Below the pieces are notes generated by a model that was given only the letters and a program-made list of their open reading frames with translations, ran no database searches and was not told where the DNA came from. Shown here in pieces: positions 1 through 13,114 of a stretch of DNA of 64,000 bases. Every line of letters begins with the position of its first letter. Positions within the stretch are counted from its first letter, which is position 1. Source of the stretch: Owenia fusiformis (taxonomy: Eukaryota); the NCBI GenBank assembly GCA_903813345.2, contig CAIIXF020000001.1, positions 20,708,001 to 20,772,000 of the forward strand, read 5' to 3'. The position numbers and the translations under genes were made by a program.

Positions 1-1080
1 CTGCTCGAAAGCCGATTTTCAAAATGGCCGCTCATTTAAAAATGGCGGCCATTTTAGTGCCGATTTTACAGTAATTTAAGTGCAATATGTAAAACTGTAA
101 TAGCAATATGTTTTAAATGTAAAAAAAGTATATAGGACATTAATAAAGCTAGAAATGTAGATATTAAAAAAGCACATGGCAGCCATCTTGAAAAATGGCG
201 GCCTTTTCTCGTTATTTTACGATTTTAGCTGTAACTCGAAAAGTAGTGGAGCGATTTTGTTCATATTTGGTATGTGAATACTATAAGCATGGCACACTGT
301 TTAATGACACTTTTGGTAGAAGGTGGCCATTTTGAAAAATGGCGGACATTTTGAAAAATGGCTGCCATTTTAACTTATTTTACTAAAACTCGAAAAATAG
401 TGGAGCGATTTTGTTCATATTTGGTATGTGAATACGTATAAGCATGGCACACTGTCTAATGACACTTTTGGTAGAGGGCGGTCATTTTTCAAAATGGCCA
501 CCATTTTAACGTATTTTACTATAACTTGAAAAGTAGTGGAGCGATTTTGTTCATATTCGGTATGTGAATACTGTAAGCATGGCACACTGTCTAATGACAC
601 TTTTGGTAGAAGGCGGCCATTTTGAAAAATGGCGGACATTTTGAAAAATGGCTGCCATTTTAACTTATTTTACTATAACTCGAAAAGTAGTGGAGCGATT
701 TTGTTCATATTTGATAGTGAATACGCATAAGCATGGCACACTGTCTAATGACACTTTTGGTAGAAGGCGGCCATTTTAACGTATTTTACTATAACTCGAA
801 AAGTAGTGGAGCGATTTTGTTCATATATGGTATGTGAATACTATAAGCATGGCACACTGTCTAATGAGACTTTTAGTAGAAGGCGGCCATTTTTCAAAAT
901 GGCCACCATTTAAACGTATTTTACTATAACTCGAAAAGTAGTAGAGCGATTTTGAATATATTTGGTATGTGAATATTATAAGCATGGCACACTGTCTAAT
1001 GACACTTTTGGTAGAAGGTGCCCCTTTTGAAAAATGTTCGATGGGATTCGCTACGCTTTGGCGTTGCCGTTGTTCTGGTT
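1..1080 (+). mobile_element. HINE-like (Helentron-associated non-autonomous) element, family A, copy 1; 5' end lies upstream of the window
   Basis: Bases 1-~95 closely match 63680-63773 of the complete short copy. The 3' end TGGGATTCGCTACGCTTTGGCGTT...CTGGTT mirrors the end of the 63.5-63.9 kb copy (subterminal TGGGAT, small ACGC/GCGT hairpin, CT(A/G)GTT). An internal tandem array is present. Confidence 0.75.
232..1020 (+). repeat. Internal tandem array of HINE family A, about 6 units of ~115-155 bp
   Basis: Repeated core AACTCGAAAAGTAGTGGAGCGATTTTGTTCATATTTGGTATGTGAATACTATAAGCATGGCACACTGTCTAATGACACTTTTGGTAGAAGG, with a variable number of AAAATGGC..CCATTTT submodules between units. Confidence 0.95.
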
Positions 1081-4000
1081 TAAGTTTTTAGGCATTTGAA
1101 TAAAGGAGTCCTTCATAAAATTCCCAGGTTAAAAAATGAGACATATAGTCAAGCTTAGACTCAATATAGACACGTTATTTCTGAAATTGTTTGATCATTT
1201 TTTGTCACTGATTAAACTGTGAAACGGATTTTATGGAGTGTTTGTATGGCAGACTATGTAGTTGTCACATATAGGTGATGTGCTTTTAAAAGGTTTTGAC
1301 ATTTTAGTAAGTCAAGTCTGAGTGCGTTGGTTGAGAGGTATTTCTTTATTTAGTACACTACTTAGAGTTTCTATCAAATGTACAGTAACATACCGTTGAA
1401 TACCCTGATTCAGTATTGCAATGATAATAATGATTCTGTATGATATTCTAATCATAAATAAGTTCATAATGAGATTTTGAAATAATTTTAGAGACTAGTA
1501 GTTGTGGACTAGAAAAAGAAGTCCATCGGCATCTTTATTTTAGATTTTGAGGAATGTATATGTACACTCTCAAGAATTTAAAATTTTGATAGGAATGGGC
1601 AAATATAGCAGGGTCAATACAAATTTCTGTACAATGTTCTTACTGATTTCTTACTGATTACTGATTTACCAATAAATAGTGTTATTTTAGACTCATATGT
1701 CTTGTTTCACAACTTTCTTGGTTAATTTCAAATTAGTCAGACTTTTTAGATCCAAATGTTAATGTATGAACTTAAAGTGACTTACATATGTTAATAAAGC
1801 TTTGTTAACTGTTGATACAAAATTATTAAGATTGGCATTCTATATGCAATCTATTTAATGTTGAGCAGGGATTTTCTTGAAATGGTAAGTTAACTGGTAG
1901 GAATTATGTTTTCATTTAACTCATAATATGCATGTAAGTTTGAAGAACAGAGAATTGTTTGAAATTGAATTTATCTTTGAGAAGTACAATAAACAATTTT
2001 TCATTCTCTATTGAAGTCCCAGATGATGATGTATTTAAAGGGCTTAATAGGGCATAGGTGCTTAGAGAACTAAAATCTATGTTTTCATGAGGAATTTTAA
2101 TTCTGGCTTGATTTGATTTAATATGAAAAGATAAGAATGCCTGCCAAAATTTGAGAAATCTTTTAAGGAGCCGTACGCCTCATCAGTTGACTGGGTGTGA
2201 ACAATGACAAGCCCCATAGGTCTCTACCTCTGTTTAGACAACCTATATAACCCCATAGCAGTCAAGCACTTTTTTCAATTATTACCATATAATGAGATCA
2301 GTATGAACAGAATTCAATAATGCTATGGGTCCTGGTCAAATGCTTGGTACCCCTGCAAAAATGTGAATTCTCATCACTTTCAAAAATCTGAAAACTAAGT
2401 AAGAATTACTTTGAATGAGCCTGGTAGTATATTTTGCAAAATACCAATTGTTTACTTGTAAAAAACATTCTTCCAATATTTACAGAGGATCAACAAGAAA
2501 AGATTTTTATTGTGACCTGGGAAATTGTTAAGGCAGGGTGGTAGTAATATCCTGGGACCATTTTCAGAGAACATAAAGACATCAAAGGTTGAGGTATAAA
2601 CCACAGGAACCATGTACTGAAAGACTCCTTAATTCTATTCAAATGAGAAGAATTGTTATAATAGTATGATTTGTTACTTTGAGTCTCGCATCAAGTCTCT
2701 TGACCCTCCCCCTTCTATCTTTTTTACCTCCACAGATGAGGTGCGATATAGGGTCATTAGGGGGAGGGGGTATTGTAATAGGTTGAGTCAAAACTTTTTG
2801 CAACTGTTCAATATTGTTTGAGTTAATCCATGTTATACCCTAAATCACCTAGCCATAATATCCTCTGACGATTACAGATAATTTTCAGTTTTTATAAGAT
2901 AAGATCTTGAGTGAGTTTATATGTGAAATAAATGTTATCTAATTATAGACAAAAACATAGCGTGCTAATTTTTTAACTACTAATTCATTATCTGTTTGAG
3001 CGTACATTGAAATTTTCATCTTATTTAAAGAGTATTAGGAATGCTTAGATTTTAAGAAGGGTACATGTAGTCCAGCACACCGCCCTGAGAAATGCTTCAA
3101 TATGATGCAACCCTGGAATGCAACCCTCACTTTCATTTAAGACCAATTACGTTTGATCTTGTTTTTTGTATTCCTGCATCATATATTACTATACTGGTAC
3201 TAGATTTATATGTTGGAGCTTAATGTGCACTTTTTGGATTATCTTTATTTTGAAATTGTTTCGAACAGATTTAAGTCAGCCATAAGTCATAATTTCAACA
3301 AGATTTTACTCTGTAAATCCTAAGTAGTTTAGCTACAGTACAACATTTCAATAAACATTTCTAAATTATTTTTCACCTTGGTATACTGATTTGACCACTT
3401 GGGAGGTTTTAATATGGTGCTAATGTTTGCTTGTATTCAATGTAGAAGTAAAAAGAGAATTAACAGCCATCAATGGTCAATACATCTGTCCTGTGTGTTG
3501 TGAGGTGAAAATAAAACAAAACTGAGAAATAAATAGTTTATGATTAAAATATGGGTTGTCATTTGACAACATTAAAGCGATTAAAGAGGTTAAAAAACTT
3601 ATTAGACTTGTTTTAAGGTTCTTGAATAAAAGAAAAATATGCTAGCTTTTATGTAAAAAATGATTGAAGTGTCATCTGAATATAAAAGTGGAAAAGTTCA
3701 GACGATCAATTGTACATGAAGTCAATCAGGTTTATTAAAAATTGCAATATTGTCCTGTTTTAGATAAAAGTGCACTTGGACCTTTATAGACAGTCATATC
3801 TTTGTGTATACCATAGGTTTTCCACATACAATTTTAAATTATGTTATTTGAATGGGAAACCACTCATTAAGAAATTATAATGTTGATATAAACTATGAAA
3901 AGCATTATTGCCAAGTTTGTTCAAATCATGAAATACCATTTTCATAAATGATTTGTAAAAGTGAAATTTGATATTTTTCAAAAGCTTTTCTCATTTTATT

Positions 4001-4334
4001 ATATTTGTATACAGTATCTGACGGGATAAGTGATTGAGCCAAGATTTTTAAGATTAGGTCTCTGCCATTTGTCATTGTATTTATTCTTACTTCAAATAAA
4101 AATGCATAGAACTCATAAAGAAATGTTCGTCATTAGACTTACAAATATTTGTGTTAGCTTAGAAAAGAAAAAACTCAGAGGTTGAATTCCTGAAATCCTG
4201 CTGTCAAACTAAAATCAAAAGTTGAAATCAATATCCCTAATGGCTGATCAATTATATTTAACTGGCAATGAGACAAGATTTATATGCTATGAAATACGAG
4301 TAAAGTATCAAGCGTCATGTTATCTATCCCAGGG

Positions 4335-4351
4335 CATAGGCGTAGCCGGGT

Positions 4352-4385
<34 letters not shown>

Positions 4386-4643
4386 CGGTGCCATGGGTGC
4401 GATCCCATAACCCCCCCCAATAAATAATAAAAACATAACCATGAGATAGAAGAAGAAAGGGGCTTTTTATTTGAGGCTTCTAGATCAATTTAGAAGGAAA
4501 TTGTGTCAATTTTTGTAAAATTCAAGATAAATCTCATTATTTGGCTTTTTTATGCCACAATCACACCCAACCTGATTGAAAATTTTTGGGCGATTGCACC
4601 CCCCCCCCCCCCCCGTCCTGCCTGAAAGCTGGCTTCACCACTG
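4335..4643. mobile_element. CA...TG-terminal MITE with 5-bp TSD (CAGGG)
   Basis: Termini CATAGGCGTAGCC ... GGCTTCACCACTG (imperfect TIR), subterminal poly-G and poly-C tracts, CAGGG at 4330-4334 and 4644-4648. The 5' half is homologous to the arms of the 29856-30732 element. Confidence 0.75.
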
Positions 4644-5044
4644 CAGGGCTTAGTTCTCTATGCAAAATTCATGCATCCAGTTGAAGATACTTAACAGCAC
4701 TCTTCACAGACCCACAACTTCCCAGATCGTATTTTATTGAAATTGTTATCGATTTGTTTGAATTACTGTAGAATGAAGTATGTTTTTATTCCATTTGCCA
4801 TGATAGATAGTCCTTTCAGTCTCATAGTTCAGACTTTTGGATTGCTAGTTTTTGTATGCATTTACATAGGCAGTATCCAGGCATTAAGGTATTGAGAGAA
4901 TAGTTATATGGATGGAATCTGTATCTTGGTAGAGGATATTTTGGCAGGGTCAGTTTCTGGACAAAAGATAACTTATATACAAAAATATTATATAGAATGG
5001 GTAATCAGACAGAATAGATATTTAGGTAAAATACATTAATTGGG

Positions 5045-5135
5045 AGAATGCATAAATGGGTGTAGTGCTTAAATGGATGGAATGCATAAATGGGAATAAT
5101 GCTTAAATGGATGGAATATATGGGTAGAATGGGTA
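5045..5135. repeat. Short degenerate tandem repeat (~33 bp, 2-3 copies)
   Basis: GAATGCATAAATGGG....TGCTTAAATGGATG is repeated. Confidence 0.7.
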
Positions 5136-6124
5136 TCGAATAGAAGTCAAGACAGAATGGTTGCCTTTGCAGAATAAGTAGTAACTTCAATATAATGCTC
5201 GCTTTCAGTTATCGATCAAGTACTGAGGTAGCATGATATCACTCACTAAAACTAGCAAAAAAGATTGATATAATGGATTTGCATGTTCGCTTCTTTTTAT
5301 GGGAAATTGATGAGTGTGTAGACACCATATGTACCATATGATAGGGTTTAATGCTCCACTAAGAAATCAACTGATACCTCTCAATTTAGTCCTTTCTCAG
5401 TTTTTAACAAGTATATTTGGGTTTCACAACAGACAGACAAGAATTCAACCTTGAGGACATTTCAACAGAAATGGATGTAAACTATATCTCAAAATATCTA
5501 CTTGACATGGTTATAATAAAGTGGGCTGTGACATTCTACCTTATATGACTCTAAAATGCCTAACTGCAATATTAAAATTCAACATTGACATTTGATTAAA
5601 GTTATGTTTTTGTTAAAACAGGGTTGATTTGTATCTTTGGGCTGTATGTTTATGCCATAAATTCAGATATGCGAACATACTAATAATACACTCGCTGCAT
5701 GTTGCATTTTTCTAGCCGATTTCCTTTATGGAGTTTTTAAAGGAGTAACAGTCCATGATAAACGTGCATTTACCTGCGGGAATGTACCTGTAACTGCTCG
5801 TTTGTGAACTACAAGTAAAAACCTATGATCTTTACCTTGGGCTTTCTTACATTTAATACCTTCTATATTTTTTATGTCTGAATCAACTTACATTTAGAGA
5901 ACAAAGAAAAACACGATCCCGCAATATTTGTCTTTGCTGCATATGACTTATTGGGGTACTACTTATTGGGGACTCATTTTGACTCGTTCACTAGGTTACT
6001 CCAGATGTTTGTTATTTTGTTTGACTAGATTATGTCAATGTACCCAAAACCAAAAATCAACAAAATAATGTTATTGGTGGTATGTCTACTTTTTGTGTTG
6101 GCTTATGTTTGTATATATAAGTCT

Positions 6125-6409
6125 CTGTATTTTGTATTGACCTCTGTGAAGTATTACCCATTATATTTGGTAATAGCCTATATGAATATTACCATCTGTT
6201 TTTGGTATTGAGCTGTTTGAAATACTACCAACTATAATTGGTATTGACCTATATGTGTGCCTATATGTTTGTATTATCATCTATAGTAGGTATTAATCAT
6301 TTATGAAATACTACCATTCATTATTCGTATTGACCTTTATGAGATATTACCATTTATATTTGGTATTGACTGTATGAGATATTACCTTATATTGGTATCG
6401 ACCTTTGTA
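6125..6409. repeat. Degenerate minisatellite (~35-40 bp units)
   Basis: Recurring GGTATTGACCT...GAAATATTACCA motif, about 7 diverged copies. Confidence 0.75.
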
Positions 6410-6774
6410 CAGCTGGCGTAGTGTCATATACGCATAAAACGCCATGAATACTTTCAAATTTTATAGGAAAGTTATTTTTGATAAATTATGATAAGAAATG
6501 ATAGAAATGACAAATGTAAATGAGTTTTATTTCCAATAAGCACCTATTTTGTCATCCTATCATTTAAAAACATGCTCATGTTATTAAATGTTGGATAAAA
6601 ATGGCCAATAATTTATTTTTATGAGTCCAAAATAAGTCGAAATAACGTATTTTAAAACGCCCCAGAACGCTTTAAATTCAATCTCATTTTCAAAATTTCT
6701 TTGGGTAGAAGACCCCCCCCAAAAATCTTCGCTCACTCATGGCGTACACTCATAAATGCCAAGCTAAGCCACTG
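6410..6774. mobile_element. Degenerate CAG...CTG MITE
   Basis: Left end CAGCTGGCGTAG, right end GCTAAGCCACTG (revcomp CAGTGGCTTAGC). No clean TSD. It directly follows the minisatellite. Confidence 0.45.
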
Positions 6775-7124
6775 TGTTTATTACCTTCTATTACCATGGT
6801 GACCTTACTACCATCTGGTTGATGACCCCTAGCACCAAGCTTAATTAAGCATCTAATTTGGGCAATAAACGACATGTGTATCCCAGTGTTAAACAATTCT
6901 AGAGAGGGCTGATGGTAAGTGATAGTTCTAGGATTGGTTTACAACTTACCTTACAAATCATCTCTTATTTTTTAGTTACATTGTTTAGTTCCCCTTAAGG
7001 AGAATGTTTCAAAAGATTTTTATGATGCAGAGGGATTAAAGTGTGAATTCATTACTTAAGTTAGGTTCCTAATTTCCTCTACTTTCCATGGTATTTTAGA
7101 TTGAGCAATGAACATACTACCTTG

Positions 7125-8608
7125 GGCATGAACTTGGTGTAAGACCACACGAAATTTAGTGTATTATATGTATAATATAAAAGTATATATTATATATATA
7201 GTAATAATATTATTAAATGGCTTATTATATATATAATATAATATAAGAGTATATGTTATATATAGTTATGTATTATATTCTTGTAAATGTGTATATGCAT
7301 GTATTTATTTATATATTTGTCTCCTCTGGTCCCCAGTCCCCAGTCCCCAGTAGCTATATATATATTTATATCGGTCTCCAGTCCCTCCTTTATATATGTT
7401 TGTGCATATGCATTTACATGTATTTATTTATATATTTGTCTCCTCTGGTCCCCAGTCCCCAGTCCCCAGTAGCTATATATATATTTATATTGGTCTCCAG
7501 TCCCTCCTTTATATATGTTTGTGTATATGCATAAACATGCATCTATTTATATATTAGTCTCCTCCAACTGCTTTATATATAGGATAGTTTTTTTTGAAAA
7601 ACGATTTTGACTTTAAAGCCCTATAAATTTGTTACACTTTAAGAAACATATCAATTTTTGTTAAATAAAGTTATCAAATTCAATTGCCTGCCTAACTCAT
7701 ATTTTTGCAAGGACTCAGATGGATGGATATTCTGTCATATGACTTGCGGCAAACCTACCATTTCCCATTGGTTAACATGGAAATGTCGATTTTAAAAATT
7801 CATCAAATTTATCATCGATTTTCGACTTATTCTAATTGAGGAAAAAAATTGAGAAAATTTGGTAATCATGGGGGGCTTTAAAGTCAAAATTGTTTTTCAA
7901 AAAAACCTCTCCTATATATGTATATAGTAAATGGGGACTGGGGATCAGAAGAGACTAATATATAAATAGATGCATGTATATGCATATACACAAACATATA
8001 TAAAGGAGGGATTGGAGACTGATATAAATATATATATAGCTACTGGGGACTGGGGACCAGAGGAGACTAATATATAAATAGATGCATATATATACATAAT
8101 AAAGGAGGGACTGGAGACCGATATAAATATATATGTAGCTACTGGGGACTGGGGACTGGGGACCAGAGGAGACTAATATATAAATAGATGCATGTATATG
8201 CATATACATAAACATATATAAAGGAGGGACTGGAGACCAATATAAATATATATATAGCTACTGGGGACTGGGGACCAGAGGAGACTAATATATAAATAAG
8301 TACATGTATATGCATATACATAAACATATATAAAGGAGGGACTGGAGACCAATATAAATATATATATAGCTACTGGGGACTGGGGACCAGAGGAGACAAA
8401 TATATAAATAAATATATGCATATACACATTTACAAGAATATAATATATAACTATATATATAACATATACTTTTATATTATATTATATTATATATATAATA
8501 CGCCATTTAATAATATTATAACTACATATATAATATATACTTTTATATTATATTATATTATACATATAATACACTAAATTTCGTGTGGTCTTACACCAAG
8601 TTCATGCC
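7125..8608. mobile_element. Foldback-type non-autonomous DNA transposon with long tandem-repeat-containing inverted arms
   Basis: Perfect terminal IR GGCATGAACTTGGTGTAAGACCACACGAAATTTAGTGTATTATATGTATAAT. Arms run ~7125-7622 and ~7870-8608 around a ~250-bp spacer and contain a ~120-bp unit (GTCCCCAGTCCCCAGTAGCTATATA...) in ~2 copies left and ~4 right. Flanking direct repeat CTACCTTG at 7117-7124 and 8609-8616. Confidence 0.92.
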
Positions 8609-9324
8609 CTACCTTGCCATTTGTGTAGAATTGTAGTGCCATAAATCATGTACCTCTGTAATACTCCCATAGCGCAGACTGCAGACAAGTAGCTGAAGAG
8701 TTGTAGAATATGGGCTGGGTAAATTCTTGCCATTTTCATTGGTAATTTCCTTAAGTTGTTATTTGACAGTGAAAATGTCACCATGATTAAGAGTTTAATC
8801 CGGTTGGTGAGAAGAACTGAGAAAGTCTTACTGGTGGAAGGCAGAAATGTCACTACAAACAGCAAAATCGGCATTACCACCCCTGTCTTTGTAATGAATC
8901 AACTCATTATATTGTGCCATATATGTGAATGCTCATTACAAAGGAATGACACTTACATGAAAACCATTCATAGTAATGTAATGCCCTGTTTATTTATTAT
9001 ATATACATGTACAAGTATTGTCACATTCTAGTCTAAAACATTTTTCTCAGTTGGGTACCATCATACTTGAGTTTCATACCCTTTGCGTTTGTTCGACTTG
9101 GATTTTCAAAAGAGAGATTTGTTTAGACTCTGTAGGCAGGTTTTGAGTTTTTGAAGCTGCAAAATCAACCTACTATAGGACACAACCACCTGTCACTTGG
9201 GGACCAATGATTTTGTCTTATCTGTCATTTTTGTAATTGGTTACCCTTTGCATTCGTTTGACTTCACTTCTTAAAAGAGAGCTTCGTCTTCTCTCTTTCA
9301 AACTATTATAAACATGTGAACTCA

Positions 9325-9555
9325 CCGCGCCAATCAGTGTTCGTGGGCCAAATTTGACCGACGTTCTATATATGGTCATTCCTTCTGACGTCATCGTTGA
9401 GCCCGGAATTGACCAATGACATGCGCATATTTAATTAGAACGTTTTTGGCGAATGTTACTTCAAGCTCGCTGATTGGTGGAAGAAAGGTCAGCGCGTAGG
9501 TCAGAAGTGATTTATTACCCAAACTGTCACCAGTACCCGTCGTGGGGGCGGGACT
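9325..9555. promoter_or_regulatory. CpG-rich patch with a cluster of promoter-type motifs (possibly repeat-borne)
   Basis: CCAAT at 9330 and 9413, ATTGG at 9473, full CRE TGACGTCA 9386-9393, TGCGCA 9422, GC box GGGGCGGG 9544-9551, all within a CpG-poor background. Confidence 0.35.
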
Positions 9556-12500
9556 ACTTAACTGTAATATGGTCTCTACTAGGCAGAGTGTAGTTTAACT
9601 AGACTCTGCATGCAGGGTAGTAATTGGTAGATATAGTGTAATTGATATAATTTTAAATTATACTAAATGGTACATTCATTAGCAGGTGGTAAATACTAAA
9701 TACATGTTGTACATTTAGGATTATGTCATATTGTACTCGATCATTGTATGGCTGATTTTTTAAAGAGAATTTATTCTTTTGGAGGAACAGACTAAACCTG
9801 AATCTGCTGAATGTATAATATCATTCATAAAAGTTAACATACAATGTAACATTTTGTACAATCAATTGTTTCATGAATGTAATAAAATAAGAGGTTCCTC
9901 TTTAATAAGAGGATTCAAGATCCAGTTATATATGACCTGGCATTAAAAAACAGTTTTCATTCTGGATAACTAAGTCAGAAAATTGAGAGAAAAAACTCTA
10001 TTTTAAAATATATTGGTAGAATGCTCCACATCATCCACAATCAAATTTTGGATGTAAAAATAGACACGATCCTGGTTCTGCCTAGAAGACCTTTTTTTCT
10101 TCTGTTTCATTTTTGAGTTATGTAATGCTGACTAATGTCTAACACGACTGCAGTATTTTCCTTAAGTGATTTATCAACTTGAACCCTCTGCTAAATTTCA
10201 CTTCTCACATAGTGAAAGTTCAAAACGTCATACGTCTAATGTGAAATAAAAAATTCCAATGATCTGATGATAGTGTAGTGAAATTTGTAAACAAAAAATG
10301 TTTTGTGTAAATTTCTTTATGTTCTGAGAGGATGTGGTGCCTCACGCTTGCAGATTGGAGACGCAATCAATCATTTAATTGAATGCTGGGATATTATATA
10401 ACGATCCCACACAAAATGTTAATGGCTCAGGTTTCTGTTTAAAATGCCTCATTTGTTGATCAGTAGAAAGAATGAAAAATGATGGTAATCAAATACACTC
10501 CCTAGCTATATGGGAGTGTAAGAAAAAGCTCATTTTCAGACAAATCATATAAGGTTGCAAAAATGCTATAAAATAGTCTAGAAGCTAACTGGTTTATATT
10601 GTACCTTTAGTACCTTACATTCCGGCAACTTTGGGTTATCATTGTTGCGAACAAATCGCATCAACAGAATCTAAAAATAAAGCAAAATTCGCAATTTAAT
10701 AGCTCACCATTAAGTTACTTGACTATTATTTTAAGAATATTTTCAGACAACACGTTTTTTGCTATACTCGAGAGTCCAGTTTGTTGCCCCATGTGGCACA
10801 AATCAAAGATATGATACAACTTATACAGATATAAATGAGTAAAGAGAGTTAGTTTTCCTCCCATATATCTCCTGTGGTTGAACAGTCTCCTGAGGGAGAT
10901 GCTATTATAAATGCCATGTGATATGGTTCTTAATAGAATCTAAAGAAAGTTGCAAGATATATGGCATGTATTACCAAATTATTACCAAACATGTATTACC
11001 TATCATTCTATTGAGTGATTGCCATGGCAACAGGGAAAGCAACAGGATTAGAAGGAGCTTAAAACAACGAATTCACAATTTTTCTTAACTAGATCTACAT
11101 AAAGGAGATAAAAAATCTTTTTGTCCTATTATATCTATTAGATATTATTGCATAAAAATCTCTGCCTGTCAAGAGAATCACCATGGTTATTGAAACAATG
11201 AAATTTGAACCAAATCAGTCTGCATCCATCATGATAAATCATATGACATTTTATTTTTTCTCATGACAGAAAGATATGAGTTACAGTAGTTTCATTGTTA
11301 AAGACAGGAATCCTAATTCAGGAATCATAATTCACAATATTTTACCCTGTGTTGTGATAAAAATCATCTTACTTGTTTCAATGTCTGACCATCTCAAAGG
11401 GGATTAGTCTGGAAGGAAGTCCCAAATTAACTCATGGATCAGTGAGGACTTTATCATTCTTTCAATTTCACTCCAAAGTGAATTGACTTGATCCATGTCT
11501 TAATCCCATCTTATATCCTAAATGGGACACTATTGTAAGTCTTTGACCAAGGGGATTAGATAGAATCTGGAAGTTAAAGTCAGATGAGAGTTCTTTGGAC
11601 CTCAGTTTATAAATTCAAAAATAAGTATTTTATCACTGAGTGATAATCTATTAACAAACCGCTTCTCATTTCCCAAATCCCAACTACATGTATAACTATG
11701 GAAGGTATAAAGGAAAAACCTTGTATAAAGGATTTTGTACCCAAGGCATATTTAACAAGTATCTTGGTAAAGTGACTGCCCATTGAAAGAATGTCATTGC
11801 AAGGTCATTTAAAATACAATATACTGTAGAAAGAAATGGAAGGAGATATATTACCCTGAGGACATTACCATGCATTATATAAAAGTTTAACAAAATATTA
11901 CTTTTAATCCAGATTTAGAGAGAAATGGCATATCATAATAAACATAAGTGATATCCTAACCACTGGGTTCTGTCTATGTTATATGTTTTCTAAGTTTGTT
12001 CTAACTGATTGACGAGTGATTTATTTGTATGTTTTGACAGTGGGTTGTGTATTTGAATGTCCCAACACACGCCACACTGCCAGAACATCTGTTTTCCACC
12101 AATATACTGTTTAGTTAACACTAGGAATTAATAACCCAAAGTGCTCTATGAAATTGAGATAAACTAAAACCTTATGTTTTGCTACAGGTTTTTACACTTT
12201 ATTTTGAAATTTGATAATCTCGTTCAGATAAATCTTCTCATTGCCAGGATAGTTTATTGCACTTGAAATTGGACTTGAAATAATGTGGCTTGCTCTACCT
12301 AATTAGCAATAAGAAATTTAGGAGTTCAGTTTATAATAATCTTACAAATTCATTGATTTGATATTGAACTTGAAGTATTGTGGCTTGCTTAAATAACCCT
12401 TTCGCAGAGTACTGAATGGAAAATGCAACAATTAGACTGATTAATGTTTAATCATATTTATGTTTCCATCATATCAAACCCCAAGCTTACAAATTGTTCT

Positions 12501-13114
12501 ACCTCTGGTTTAACAAAAGGAAATAACCAAGGACTGGTAACAATGGGCAATGGGGTTATATTTGTGGTCGACATTTGAGACGCAGGAAATTGCAAGCGTG
12601 GGCAGTATGTCAATACCCCTGAACTATGGAGGATTAACAAATTGTAATCCTTTTTAAATTTCCAACCCATGACTCAGTCTATTGCAGAGTCACAATAATT
12701 GAACATTTTTTCATGCTTTTCCCCAGATATTAAATGCAGTCTGACCAGCCACATTTTAATCTTGAGGGTATATTTACTGCAATGAAATATTTCAGAGGAG
12801 TCATTTACATCGGAAATTGTCAAAAATCTCACTTTTAATCAAATTATTATCAGACAGAGCAATCTTAAAGATGTTGCTGCAGTGCAGAGGCAACTGATGT
12901 CACTCAGTATATACCTTTGAGAGAGAAGCTGTTTCTGAACCAGATGCTCTCTTATATTCTCCCAAGGTATTTCCTCAACATTACCAGCTTTGAACAGAGA
13001 AAATGTAACAATTGATGCATTTGGATATCACTGAAATCGTAAGACTTAAAACAGGACATATGTTTTATCATGGGCTTTCAACTTACTTATTGAAAGTCCA
13101 TGGTTTTATATATT

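Noticed and set aside
4222-4410. ORF with a poly-glycine tract
   Set aside because: The poly-G run belongs to the MITE subterminus and its length may be a sequencing artefact.
7253-8427. Overlapping ORFs with repeated SSGPQSPVPSS/YIYI motifs
   Set aside because: Translations of the foldback element's tandem repeats on both strands.
11018-11031. RFX X-box-like ATTGCCATGGCAAC
   Set aside because: A single motif inside what looks like decayed repeat sequence, with no nearby promoter evidence.
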